A stretch of DNA of 62,054 nt, the filler included, from Choristocarpus tenellus KU-1152 (lineage: Eukaryota > Protista > Phaeophyceae): assembly GCA_964200185.2 (NCBI GenBank). It is 13 parts of 13 records of this genome, joined end to end, with 100 filler letters (N's around TTAATTAATTAA, not from the genome) between each part and the next. Parts side by side here need not be neighbours in the genome. Positions count along the whole stretch, not along the records: positions 24,079 to 29,677 come from CAXNAD020010286.1; positions 29,778 to 35,404 come from CAXNAD020010206.1; positions 35,505 to 40,022 come from CAXNAD020014191.1; 10 more parts are not named here. The stretch is one strand, 5' to 3'. Numbering within the stretch: the stretch's first letter is position 1; every line of letters begins with the position of its first letter. The notes under the pieces were generated by a model, which did no database searches, was not told where the DNA came from, and saw only the letters and a list, made by a program, of their open reading frames with translations. A program made the translations under genes and the position numbers. Shown piece by piece: positions 24,100 to 37,249 of this stretch.

Positions 24100-27000
24100 C
24101 ATCCAGATGTAGAGCACGATCTTAGAGATAGAGCGAATTCAGCACGCCCCCATGTACACCAAACACCTTTCATGTGCACAGGTCATGGTCCTGAATAATG
24201 TGGACAACCCAAGGGTAGGCATGGCTGCACTTGCTGACTCTGGTGGTGATATTGCATTTGCCACCAAACGCATATCTTTCCAGAGGTGCGGAAATATTTT
24301 CAGTGCACAGGATGCCGCTATGAATAACTTGGATTATGCAGCCCTCAGCCTGTCGAGCATACTCATTACCCTCTAAACGTAAAACGTAGAGGACTCCCCC
24401 CATTGATGACACCAGTGGATCCGGATAACGGGAGGAGTCATGAACGGAGAAGGTACTTTCGGGAGAATAATGTAACTGGCTCAATGGTAAACATTTTAAT
24501 TTACCAGTTGTGTTTGGTATATCAGAGAGGCATAACCTACCGAACAACAGACCACCCTTCAAGATAGAATACCTCTAAGCCAATATCATACCAATGGACG
24601 ACTCACTTCTCTCCATTATGGCATCTGGTTTTAGTCAGCCTCTGAATGCTTTGACTAATTCCCCACTAACAGACTGATTCTCTTAAAAAAGCTTCAGGAA
24701 CTGGAATGTTATACTTTGCCACACGACTATACTATACACTCCATGTTTGGTAGGCTCACATTGTGATTTACTCACCTGTGGGGCAATGCTATGCTCTAGT
24801 TCTGAGTAGGGTCAGAGAACGAATAGTATTAGGTTCATCCCTCACTAGGATTGTGGATCTGATGTAGGTTTTCTTATCTCAACTGACCTTATTCCTATCC
24901 CCTTTCCCTTTTCATTGCCACCTTTGCCTATCATGGGCCACACACCAGTGGCTACCTGGAAGAACTTGCTCTTGTACATGACATAGTCAATGTAAATGCA
25001 TTCATTGATGCCCTGGAAAGAGCAGGCAAGCGAGGCACAGAGGGCATATGGGCGAGTGGAAATCGGGATGACAGAAGGAACTCGAGATATTGAAGTGAAG
25101 GAAATTTGCCTAGAAAACATTGTATAATAGGAGCATCTTCTGTTCCCCTTCTAAATCTAGATATTTTCGTGACAGATAACCCCTACTAATCCCCCTCTAC
25201 CAAGGGTATGACTTATTGGCCAGGGTTGGGGATGATAGTCATTGGGTCAACAAGGAGAGACGCTTTAAGATATGCAAGCATCACCCTTGTTAAGTCTCGA
25301 AATCGTGCATCACAACCTTGAGAGCAGTTGCAGTGAATAGATCAAAGGCATACCATAAGAAGCAAAGGAGTGGTTCAAGGTGGCAATATTGCACTTGATG
25401 ATCTGACAGGATTTCTGGCAAACAGGGGCGATATTCTTACAAGGTGATTATCTGTCATAACTTTTGATTGTCATCTGTCAAAGAGCGACCCAAATCAGCT
25501 TTAAAGTGGTAATTAATGCACTTTGTGTAAAGAAAACTGGAGCAATGAAGTGACCCAATTGCCAATTTGACGTGTGGTTATTACACCTATTGCACATCTT
25601 CCCTAAGGAGACTAATGGATTCTCGGTTTGGTTAAGCTGAAATGAGTTTGGAATAGTACAAGGATCGAGCACACACAATGACATGCATTGATTGATGAAT
25701 CTTCAAACTTGTGTGAGAAACGAGAGACTGTATCCTCCTTCATGGACATTGCTCTCTTGGGAGGCACAATATTGGGAGTATGCTGACATGTGACCCTTTT
25801 AGCACCAAATATCTCTTTTTTTATCAACATTAACTGGGCAGCATAACACCTCAACAAGCAAGTGGAGAGCGTGGGAATGCACAGGTAGGTGTGGAATTAA
25901 AAAATGGCATTGAAGACCGTAGATGAAGAAATGACACCAATATTTGCAACAAGTTCTTGTATGCGAGAGGGTAGATGTGTCTATGCACTCGAATTTCCAC
26001 AGCCACATTCCGCTGTATCCACAAATAGTAAGTATAGTACAAAACAACACCATTAATAACAATAGAACCTGCCCCCTATGAATGATCTGTCTCTCTACAC
26101 TTAGGAAGGACTCAGCACTCTCGATTCAACTACTTCCTCTAGAATCCACAATGTCTGGAAAAATATCTTCGAGTCCAGATTCCTGAGTCAATACCCCATG
26201 ATGTCAACGACCAAACTTAGACCCCCTTTTCATTTTTTCTCTATAACGTGTGTTGTTGTACGAACAATGCTGGTGCTCATATCCACTATTAATATGAGGC
26301 ATGTTGCCCAGAACAACACTCACTCGGAGTTCATATCTTCTATCAGTCGTTCTATAATGCACAGTGTCCAGAAAAAGCTTGAGTCCATTTTTCATTTGTC
26401 ATACATGACGCGTTTTCCGGATAACACTTAGAAACCATTTGCTCTTCTATAACAAAGAAGGTTGTTCATGACAACTCTTGGGTGTATCTGTAACGATGTT
26501 ACAGGGAATATTTTTACCACTCCACATAATCCAGACCCATATCCTCCTCTACCTTCCTATCACGGTGGATGCATAACATATGTTTGTGACACCTCGGACT
26601 CAATAACACATCAGAGTCAGAGACCTAATTCGTGAAATCAGATAGTACAGACCCTTGACTACAACACAACTTCCAGCTCAACCGATCATACAAGATACAC
26701 TGTGTATCACCCTACACGAGGCAGAAGGCAGCATGTGTGTGTACTGGTGTGTGTACAGTTACAAAACAATGGAGGCTCAAAGTTATCTGGGGTGGGTGGG
26801 GGGAGTTCTACACCAGGGTGTCCATTCAGGCCCTGACCAGGAAAAGTGCACTTTATCCAACACATGCAACCAAATCACCCAAAAATCACAACATGGAAAA
26901 ATGGGCCCTGAATGGACAACCGCCACCCCCCCTCAGATACCTCGACCCTGGAGGCAGTGGAAGACACCAACAACTATCAGGACGAAGGACGGGTGGACAG

Positions 27001-28450
27001 GAAAACATTGTGAAAATCTTCACTGCGGAGATATATATATATGTATGTACAAATATTCTTGTGATGAATAAGTAGCTTGATTAAACATGATCGAGGACTT
27101 TAGACATTGGGAGGTTCAAATTTCAATACTATATAGAAATGTTTTCTTCTTCGTTGAGGATACATCTTCTGAGCTAGAGCAGTGTACTTGAGCCATGTGT
27201 GTTCTGTCAGATGTGCTCAGAATTTCACCAACATTCGTTATTTTAGTAACCACTATAATAGAACAATTATAAGACAACGTACACATAAAATAAAATGGAC
27301 CAGTGGAATATCCTTTCATGAACGTAATCACTAGCAGGAGGAATGCGCAATGGGTATCAACTCAAAACATAGGAGGCACGACAATCAGTAAGTTATGCGC
27401 AGGTGACATTTCCTATGGGCGCATTGCTGGGGATTCCCCAGCTAAATATGAGTGGCAGTCTCTACACCTGCGGTTCCACTTTCAAGCAGTATGTACATTG
27501 GTTCTTGTTCAATCCACTCTCAAACCTGGTTCCCTCAATTCCCATGCCGTTCTTGTCTGTAGTACCGTGTAGGGCCATAGCTCCAATCTATCTACAGTTC
27601 CTTGACAGGAAAGAGATACAAATTTCAAGATGCCGCCATAGGTCGCTCAAGGGCTGCATCATCCTTTTCAGGACAAGCAATCAGCTGTGCAGACATCTGA
27701 GGAAGGGCGTCCTTGATGCCCAGTAGGAAGAAGACCCTACAAGACTCTCTGTGCAAGTGATGCTATGCATTTCATTTTATTGAAACGAAAAAATTAACAC
27801 AATTGTCACAGTGGTATCGTGTGCTCATCCTGTCACCTCAGCAAACCCAGAATGATGCCAAAGTTCTCCAACAATTGTGCAACAAATTTGCCATCAATAC
27901 AGGTTGAATTCCATGGGTACTAAATACCCTGAAGTAGACCATAATGAGGTACTTCGAAGGATCCATAAACAAAACGCTCACAGGGGTATGTGGATCCGGC
28001 ATTCGACTCTCTGTGACATTAACGTCAACCAAGCACACCACGTATTGAAGCTTGATGGACCGACACAACTCTTGAATACATGGTGGGTCCCCCACAGGAT
28101 GGACAGACTTCTGGAATCTGAGGATATAAAGCAGGAGCTCTTCTGGTAGAACAGCAGCAGACACGCACTTTCCATGCACCTACTGCGTAATATACATCTT
28201 ACACACAAACTGATGTCAAACATCCCCAATATCACAGTACTTTGCGACCTTCAACTCCAATTCAAACCACCACTAAAGTTCAGTATGAGGACCAAGTAGT
28301 GGTGAGGTGGAAACGACAAGCACGATGTGTTGAACTGCAACAGGATAGTGAAACAAGTTGCATATTCTACATGAGATGTTCTACTCTTGAGTCCTGTTTC
28401 CAATCTATATCTGAGACTCTCGAATATTGACCTTCCTCTGGGTCCTGAGC
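24100..28450 (-). pseudogene. Possible highly decayed non-LTR retrotransposon remnant
   Basis: Long stop-riddled, coding-like stretch with only faint endonuclease/RT-like fragments. No intact diagnostic motif was seen. Confidence 0.25.
26774..26948 (+). mobile_element. MITE family A, full length, TSD TGGA
   Basis: tgga|GGCTCAAAGTTATCTGGGG ... CTCAGATACCTCGACCC|tgga. Confidence 0.9.
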
Positions 28451-28649
28451 TCTCATAATGTGCATCACGTGTCAAGTTAGGGTATAGTCATAACTGACAC
28501 CTTGCAGACACCACAGTCCGAGAATATCGAAATCCTCCACTGCTCTGCCACAAGGACCGCTAATACAACCCAGTGGTTGCTCACAATGTTTTGTGTTCAG
28601 GGCCAGTACTAGGTTCAAACTGAACCTCCAAATCAGGGGTACATCTGGA

Positions 28650-28769
28650 TCAGAAGTCGTCGTCACTGTCTAGGTCGTCAAGAGGATCTTCTCGCTTGCG
28701 CATGACACGGTAGAACTCCTCCGCGCTAACTACGCCATCCTGGTCACGGTCTGCCTCTTCAATCATCTC
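28650..28769 (-). CDS. Centrin/caltractin-type EF-hand protein, terminal exon
   Basis: tgcag|[39 protein letters not shown]. This is a canonical 12-residue EF loop in the MIxEADRDxDG context typical of the fourth EF-hand of centrin. Confidence 0.85.
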   Translation of the reverse strand, partial: EMIEEADRDQDGVVSAEEFYRVMRKREDPLDDLDSDDDF

Positions 28770-29478
28770 CTGCAACACCAGAGACAGAGGAAGGGGGGCG
28801 AGAGAGACTTAGTGGTCCGGTGGTTGGCACGGGGAAGAATGGCAGATGTAAAAACAACTGCTGTTGTGGGATGGTTATGATGAGAAGATCGCCATGTGAG
28901 GCGATATTATGCGAGGGGGGGGGGTGGTGGGGAGGCAACACAGAGAATAACTTATACTGTTTTCTCCACCTGCTTTTTGTTCCTATTCAAAGCAGTGCTT
29001 TGAATCGAAAATACATGTGACCACAAATTAAATCGACTGAGAGATTTTTTTGGTGTATTTCACGATAGTTCGAAAGCACACAAAGCACACAAGGCAGGGT
29101 AATGGGACCCCCCGGGCACTGAAGGGCACCGCTGGAGGTGAAATGTTTTTGAGGTGCTCCTACTTGTGTGCCTATTTCTCACTACCAGACACACTGCCCT
29201 GGTGTGATGTCTGAGAGGCTTTTAAGACTTAGTCACGCGGCTGAGCGAGGGAGTAAAAGACTTGACGGGGGAGGGGGTGGTCAATGAGCTGTGGTGTGAT
29301 GACTTGACCCATTCTACAAGAAGCAAAAGACACACACGGAGTGTATGTAAAACAGTGTTGGTAATTTTGTGCGTTGTACAGAGGTAGAGCTCTAGTACCT
29401 CTGATCCCGGGTCGAAGAACATCCTACAAGTGCAAGGCTAATAGCAACAATAACAACTGTCACTCTAACAGGAGTTTT

Positions 29479-29677
29479 GACCCATAGTGTGCTAGAGGGG
29501 GGGGGTCAGGCGTCCATTCGGGGCCGGTGTTAACCCGTAGTGATTTCCATGTCATCTGAGTGAATGCTTCAGATGTGAGAGCAGTTTCCTTCATCTCAAC
29601 GCACATTCCTTTGCTATCCCCCTGCCAGAACCAAAATCCAAAGGAAAAACACTCGCAAAACAGGCATCAACTTGGTG
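29479..29677 (+). mobile_element. MITE family C, partial (cut by contig end)
   Basis: GACCCATAGTGTGCTAGAGGGGGGGGTCAGGCGTCCATTCGGG, collinear with 53491-53756. Confidence 0.8.
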
Positions 29678-30133
29678 NNNNNNNNNNNNNNNNNNNNNNN
29701 NNNNNNNNNNNNNNNNNNNNNTTAATTAATTAANNNNNNNNNNNNNNNNNNNNNNNNNNNNNNNNNNNNNNNNNNNNCCCCCCCTCCCAGATACTTTGGG
29801 TCCATACAGTATACTAGAAAAACTTAGGAATGCCAAAGTACTTAGCAAGACTTACCTACAATACATGCCTCAAACATACCGCGGATACTGCCACTTGCAG
29901 GCGCATGATGACAGCAATTACAATCGTAACACTTTTGTTTCTTTATTTGCCCCCAGAGCCACAATGTTGCTACAGAGCACAGTAGTATCAGTATCGCACA
30001 GATCCGTAGTGGAACCAGGTAGTACCGTGGTAGGACCACACAACAAAGCACCGGTACCACAAAAGTAGAATGGAGGTGTTCCACAGGGCAGTAGTGAAAC
30101 CGCAGAACCATACAGTACTGGTACCACACTTAC

Positions 30134-31521
30134 CTTGCGCTTCAACTCCGGGTCCAAGACTTCCTTCACCTTTGGGGGGTGATAATCGCCAAGTAACTCC
30201 TCTTGCTTCGCCACAAGGCGGCCAAGGCGTGCCACCTGACACCAACACAAGAGTACCATCTTGACTGTGTGTGTGGTATCTTTAGGTGTGTGTGCGTACA
30301 CATGTGCATGTTTGTTGCCTTTGAGGAGTGAGGTTATCTAGAGAGGATGACAGTATTTGGCCCAACTCCCGGGTCATCTGATTGCACCAGTGGATACAGT
30401 ACACCTCTCACGCGGGTGCTGTCATTACAAGGTATACCTTCCGCTTGTTCAGATCTTCAAAGCATTTCAGGGTGCGCACATTGTATGCATTTGGTGACAA
30501 TCTTTTACATTATTTTTTGGTTTCGCGGAGTAGTACTGCCACATACCCTGTATCTTGGCATCTCAGGAACAATTGTTGGCAATGAGGGAGAGGGGCTTGA
30601 AAAAAGGGTTGGAAAATAGAGGCATGGAATCCTATCAGATTCCAACTTTGGTAATGCTGTGTTTGTAACATATATTCCACTAGGTGTTCAATCATCTGTG
30701 ACAAAACTAGGGAGTGCTGGTGTTTAAGTAAACGCCCCTGATTGGTGATCAATAGACACAATGGAAGGTTTGTTAACTGGATACATTGAGGCATTGGAAG
30801 TATTGGATAAAGCAGTGGGGATGCCAAAATGATATTGATACATTCCTCAAGAAAGAAAACGGTAACCAATCAGTTCCAGGCCTGATTGTTTCACATGGTA
30901 TTCACCGAGACTTGCAACATTAGGGGTTGGGGTTGGGAGTTCTCTAACCTCAAGCCTTCGTTTAGTTGCTCGCTTCTTCCCCCTGTCCTCATGGCTATCG
31001 GATCGTCCGGGAGCTTTGGGGCATTTCCCAAGTTTCACTCTCTTTGCTGCCCTCTTTGCCTCCCGCTCCTCCTCTCTCCTACGCAAGCGCTCTCCTCTTC
31101 CAGAGAGGATCGTGGCACAGAAATCGTCGGGGTAGGATGTGGGTGCTATGTGAGTTTGAGATTGCTCTTGCAGGATCTATCGAGGTTAGTTCTTCGAGGT
31201 GTCATTTAGCGTCGACAACAACGCTGGGCCTAAGGCGGAGAGGATGAGAAGGGACAAAGAACGGAGAGATGAATGGCAGGATCACAGTGCGAACGGGGAT
31301 ACTGCCCTTTCAAGCATGATGCATGTGGAATCGAGATCAGAAAAAATGAATCAATCGATAGCTGGGTCTAGTAGTCAGTACCATAGCATTGGGTCACTCG
31401 CAGTTAACTGCACAGTTCACGAAAGATTTATGCTCCCTGTACAAACTCGCCTGCTACCCTCTGACTCCTTCTTAGAAACATGTCTCCCAGTCGACCCCTT
31501 GGACTTCTTGTTTCTTCCCAT
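30134..31521 (-). CDS. Lys/Arg-rich protein of unknown function, 5' part (exons 31176-30949 and 30235-30134; putative first exon from the ATG at 31521)
   Basis: Two phase-0 exons with clear splice signals (CTAAC branch point then tag; GAG|gttag; cag|GTG; AAG|gtaagt) encode ...RLRRREEEREAKRAAKR...KRRLE/VARLGRLVAKQEELLGDYHPPKVKEVLDPELKRK. The join to MGRNKKSKG... could not be resolved. Confidence 0.55.
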
Positions 31522-32005
31522 CCGTGCTTCCCGCGTCCGTGAATGGAACAGTAAGAGAGAAGTAGATGAGGGATAAATTCGTAAATGTCTGACAAGAAAA
31601 GCAGTGGTCGTGTTTACTCGGATGGTCGACAGGAACATCACCTAATAACCACGCCAAAGGGGGCAAAACCTCATGTACATTGTCCCCACTCCCCGGGTTC
31701 TAGCGACAATGTAAATAGCGACATCGCTCGGGTATAAACTCACAAAAAACCACTCGATGCGAAGTTGGAGAGGAGTTCCAAGAGCGATCTTGTATTAGTA
31801 TGGTCACGTGCCATCCACAACACAAACGTTCAAACTATCCTTGCTTAGCCTTCAAGGTCTTATGTAAACCCGACTTTCTCTTTTCTTCATCACTTTATAT
31901 CCTTCTCCCATAAAGATACTACCACTTCTCACCTTTTGCACTCTGTACTTCGTTTTCAGGATCACCCCTCTCTATTGTCTCCCTATTTGAAATCTTCTTC
32001 GTCAG

Positions 32006-34672
32006 AAAAAGAGTAAACAGGGGGCTGCGGCTACCTGCAGCAATTTCTGTCCGAGATCATTATACTCATCAAATCAAGGCATGGGTGCTGGATTAGCAGG
32101 TGATTCTGACCCTGGCTTCTTAATTCTCTGACAAGCACAGTCTACGTACTTCTTCTAAGTATTTATAGGCATAGTGCTGGGTTAGAGAGGCAGGGAACTA
32201 AAAGCAAAAATGATATCTACGTCACCAATGGAATATTCTGTGTATCTCTTCAGCACAGCGAGGATGGCCCCAGCGCGAAGACTCAGGGCATGATACAGTC
32301 GAAATTTCGGAGGACGAAAAGAATATTGGCCTTGGAGCTTCGCAGGAGGAACCATTGAATGGTTGGCGAAATGTGGCGAGCTCCATTTCCTTTGGTGCCT
32401 TGGAGGTAGGAGACGTTGATGGCTTCTCTATTTCAGGGGGAAACGTCAACGAACACGTCGATTCGGGCGTCGCCTACGGTATGGGATCATTGTCAACGGA
32501 AGAAGAGGTATGTCTCACTTGGTGATGTAGTCGGCTTGTCGGTGTTGGACGTGGGGCATAGTTGAATTATGAAGCGAACATTTTGTTGTCCCAAATAAGT
32601 AACCCAAACAGACCATCAGTTTTTTGCTGATTCACACATCTCCATGGGCGTCTTCTGTACCATCATCAGATTCGACAAAAGTTTCGTTATCAACCAGCTG
32701 AATCTTGGAGTGCCGAAAAGCAAATCAGGAAGGTACGTTCCAAGCTAAGTAAATTGAGCCGCGGGGGGGCACTCATGCACTTTCTACTGCCGATTACCAA
32801 GGTCGGGGGAAACTACTCAATGGAGAAGCTGACCAGAGACGTCGTTGTGGGTACGACAATGGCCACCCTCATGATCCCGCAGGTGGGTATTGCCTTTGCA
32901 TGGACGAGTGGGGTGATGCATTGTACTGTCGTTCTACTTCCGCTACAGTGCATGCGGCGTTCGGATTTTCTCCCATACATCAGGACATCATGATGAAACG
33001 GGGCGGGACAATATCACGAGGGCTAGAGTGAACGAAACCTTTCGCCTTGAGGGTAGATCATAATGTTAAAGTGATGTTATGACCAATACTGTTCTTCACT
33101 TCAGTTTCGCCGTAGAAGAGTCTCTGTATCAGCTCTCAACTTTTGGTGGGAAGTTGCATGCATATTGGTAAGATGTGAGAAATCTGCCATTTGATAGTCG
33201 GTGAAAACGTGTCATGGGGTATTGCTCATACCTGAGTCTATTCGTCTGGTTGTGACGTGTGCCCTACTCCATAATATACCCTTTCTAACAGCAAGGGTTG
33301 CAACCTGTGAGAACAAAACTACAGTCAACTCCCCACCGTTTCAATCTGTACTCATACAGTGAATATCTGGCCCTAGCCCTAGCTCTAGCCCCAACCTATC
33401 CTACACCTCCATATGATACATATATATATATATAAGTCCTTGCCATGCCCAACATGAAACCGAAGATCCACGCCTGACAGAGTCCATCCAACTTTTACAT
33501 CTCCTTCCATCCCTCCCCCTTACCTAACCTGGCCAAACAATGTCAGGGTATGGCATTTGCCACGGTGGCAGGGGTGCCACTGGTCTACGGGCTATATATT
33601 GTCTGGGCCCCACCTTTCATCCAGTCTCTATATGGCATGAGTCTTCATGTTAGCTATGGTCCCTTCGCCCTCATAGGTCTGCTAATGCGGAACTCTCTTG
33701 GAATGAAGGACTTCCAAGCTTGTGACGGGATTTGTCGAGATATGTCTGGTGAGACACAGGTATGTTGGACCCTGGAGCTATTTAGGGGGCTAGCGTCTGT
33801 GGGGGGTGTTAGCGAGGCCAGGGGTAGTCTACTGTGTACCTGGGTATGTTGAACCCTGACAACTCCGGCATGTCTGACCATTTCCAGCTGTGTGATGTGC
33901 CCCAATTAGAGATGATAATTCATGGGGTAGGAGGCAAACTATGAGGATAAGAAGTGCAGGCGGGCATGTCACTGACGCATGCTACACCGGTTGTATGGTT
34001 TGTGTTCTTTTTGTGTGGTGCTTTTGAGTGCATGTATGTACTGTTCGATTTGTTTTGGGGTATGTACTGTACAACCAGGACCTAAACAATGGAGTAGAAG
34101 AGCAAGTGGCCATCCCTTCCACTGAGACTTGTGTAGGCGGTTGCCAATATGCCCTGTAGCTCAGGCGTTGAGTGACTCCACTGCTGTGTTAAGTGCAGCA
34201 ACCGCTTTGATGGTGTTTCATTGTGTGTGAATAAGGTACTCCTTCTCCGCCTTGGTGGTACAAATGAGGCTAGTGTCAATCTGTGCTTTAGTCACACTTC
34301 AGAGCACACACATGCACACACACATGTATTATTTTTTTCTTCACCCTTGTGTAGCAGATGCATTTCTGTGTGCAAACAGCACTCAAGTCCACAGCTAGGA
34401 AAGTGACCTGTAAATCATACTGTATTTTCGTTCTTCTTGGGAAGATGATGCTTTACATGTAATGATGTATGTGTATGTGTGTGTGTGTTTGCTGGTCTCT
34501 TTCCCCCATCCTCCATCCTTCGCCCTCCATCCTCGTCCCTTTTGCACCTGTATGCAAATGTGGGGTTTACATGCAGGAGTACTTGGAAGCGTGTACATTG
34601 GTGTCCTTCTTTGCTGGCATCTGCTTCTTCCTTATGGCCTTATTCAACTTAGGGAAGCCCCTGTCCATCCTG
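32006..34672 (+). CDS. SLC26/SulP-family anion (sulfate/bicarbonate) transporter, N-terminal part (exons 32006-32099?, 32254-32507, 32670-32882, 33547-33759, 34577-34672)
   Basis: In-phase GT-AG splicing gives FLLPI...Y..EKLTRDVVVGTTMATLMIPQ/GMAFATVAGVPLVYGLY...YGMSLHVSYGPFA and /EYLEACTLVSFFAGICFFLMALFNLG. This is the SLC26 signature region. Confidence 0.88.
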
Positions 34673-34852
34673 GTGAGTGTCAGAGATTATGTGAAAATAG
34701 CTCCTGTCCGTCTGGTCAACCTGCGCATGCCTGGCCAACTCTTGCATCCAAAATCAATGACCTGAAATTTCTTTTTTTTTCTTTTTTTTTTCTCTACATC
34801 AACTCTTTAAACAAGCCTTAACATGCCCCCCTTGTTCTACATTATTTTTAGT

Positions 34853-34890
<38 letters not shown>

Positions 34891-35727
34891 TTAGTAGTAT
34901 TGTTACTATCATTAGTGTAGAGTAGCTTTCTAAAACTGACCATGATGACCCCCCTCAAGCAGTGAATTTCATCATCCTTCATAACTGTCGGCATTGGCAA
35001 GGTGAATTGTGCAATCTACGTTGAAATATTCTCCACAGACTTCCTTTCACTCTGTTATCCAATGCCACGCATACAATAGCAAACTCCTGGAAAAGCAAAA
35101 TCTAAATATCTGTTTTTTTGTATTTGGGAAAGAACCATGAACGAAGCCTTGCAAGAGAGGGGATGATTTTGATACTCTCGGGTTTAAGACGTTTTTGAAC
35201 CTTGTGCATTATACACAATTCCCATGACTTAACTGCAGCTAAATCCCTCAGGAAAGTGTGTCTGTAGGGTAGAAGATTGGCCATCAACAATCTGAGATCT
35301 TTGTCGACAGTATGCAAGACACATGTGTCACAGGGGACTTATGCAAAAGAGAACTCTTCCAATAGAGTCTTTGCTTTAAGTTGTATGGATTTATTTTTTA
35401 GCGGNNNNNNNNNNNNNNNNNNNNNNNNNNNNNNNNNNNNNNNNNNNNTTAATTAATTAANNNNNNNNNNNNNNNNNNNNNNNNNNNNNNNNNNNNNNNN
35501 NNNNCCCCCCCCCCCCTAGATACTTTGGGTCTTTGGTTGTGCTGTGATTAGCACGGTTAGAGGCAAGTGTGTGTCATAGTGCAACAAGACATTGCGGGTT
35601 TGGTTTGATGTGTCTAAAGGGATGTCTTATTCAGTCAGACTTTGGTTGAAGTGAGATGGGTACTGATATGTCTGTGGCATATATTACTCAAGCAGACGGT
35701 GATTGATAGAAACTGTGTGGTCATTCA

Positions 35728-36520
35728 TTGAGATATTCAATGGAAGAAATTCACTCTCTGTGGAGAGGGTTGTCACCTTGGCAGAGGAGGGTTTTGAAGG
35801 ATGGTTTTAACTCTGTTTATATTGCATCCTGGTGTGTCTTATATAAGTGTTACAGAGTGATGGATGGGTTACGATGGGGCAATGCCAGTCAAATAAAAAT
35901 AAAAATCAACACATGCTATGCAACTGATAACTTGGGTCATCGAGATGGAGAAGTAAAAACAAAGAAGAAACAAGTAGACAAGGTTGAATCCATATCAAAC
36001 ATAACTAATATCCCTCATAGTATGTGTGTATGATGGGCAGCGACTGTTCATATGTTTTCTATCCACTGTGACGTATTTGCAGTGGTTGAGTAAAGTGTGA
36101 TGATGAACTAATAATGATGGGAATTAGAATAGCGACCAGTACAACGGACGAATCAGCATTCAGTGTGAGGTGACGATGCTGTTTCGTATCAAAACAAATC
36201 GAATGAGTAGCCTGTGTTTTAACATGGCGCTCAATGAGGAAATGTGATAGTAATGGCTCTAACACTGCAAACCCTGTACCTGTGATTGAACGACGAAAAA
36301 TGCCATAAAACGTCGCTCGAGATGGCACCAGGATACACGATGGTCACAGCGACAACTAGTTACTGTGAGTAGATGGGAGAGAGACTTCCTAACTAAGGGT
36401 CACATCAAGGTGTCGGAGCAAGGGCGATACAAGAGGCGTTTCGTTCTGGACCTCGACGAGGACACCCTTGCCGAGGTCAAAGAGTGGGTGTGCGAACACA
36501 CAGGAAGAAAGGGCGGGGAG
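35728..36520 (+). pseudogene. Interrupted fragment resembling the N-terminus of a DDE transposase
   Basis: SRWERDFLTKGHIKVSEQGRYKRRFVLDLDEDTLAEVKEWV resembles, from recollection only, N-terminal regions of IS630-Tc1-mariner-related transposases. No catalytic motif is present. Confidence 0.35.
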
Positions 36521-37249
36521 ACTTTTTTCCCGCTTAAACCCTACTTCAATCAAGTAATAGTGTATCTGTTGCCACTCTTGGTGACCTACAATCCAGGGTT
36601 CGAACCCCAATATGAGCGCTCTTTCTCCCCAAATAAACAATGGCGCAAAAAAAAAGAAGCCCGCTCTCTGGAGGGCGTTGTGACGGGCATCACGAATATA
36701 TATATTTTTTAATCCGATGTCTAAATCAAAAGTAATGATGGGACACCCCCAGAGACATAAACATTTGGTACCACCATACCAATCTTTAATTTTTGGAAAA
36801 GGTTGGTCAACGAGTTAATCGACGATCCGAGCTTTCATTCGATATATATATATGCTGATCATTGTTTAACTCGTTGGGCAACCTTTTCAAAAAAATCAAG
36901 ACTGGTCTGACCCTAGAGGTGACTGCCAACACTATAAATACGAACGATACAGTAAGCCATTATGAATAAAAAAATACGACATCGACATGATCGATTCCTT
37001 ATCAAGTAGTGGGAGAGGTTGAATAATTGTAGTGATAGTAATGATAGTAATCATTGTATTCATAAGAATCATAATTATTGTAAGAACCATAATCAATAAC
37101 CTTGTCTAGAAAAGATTCGGTTAGAGTAGTTGTATTGATCATAACAATCATATTAATCACAATGATTACAATGATCACAATGATTGCAATTTTATCGCGT
37201 GGTGGGCGACGTTTGGGGGACTGCATATACATGAAATATGTTGCACAAT

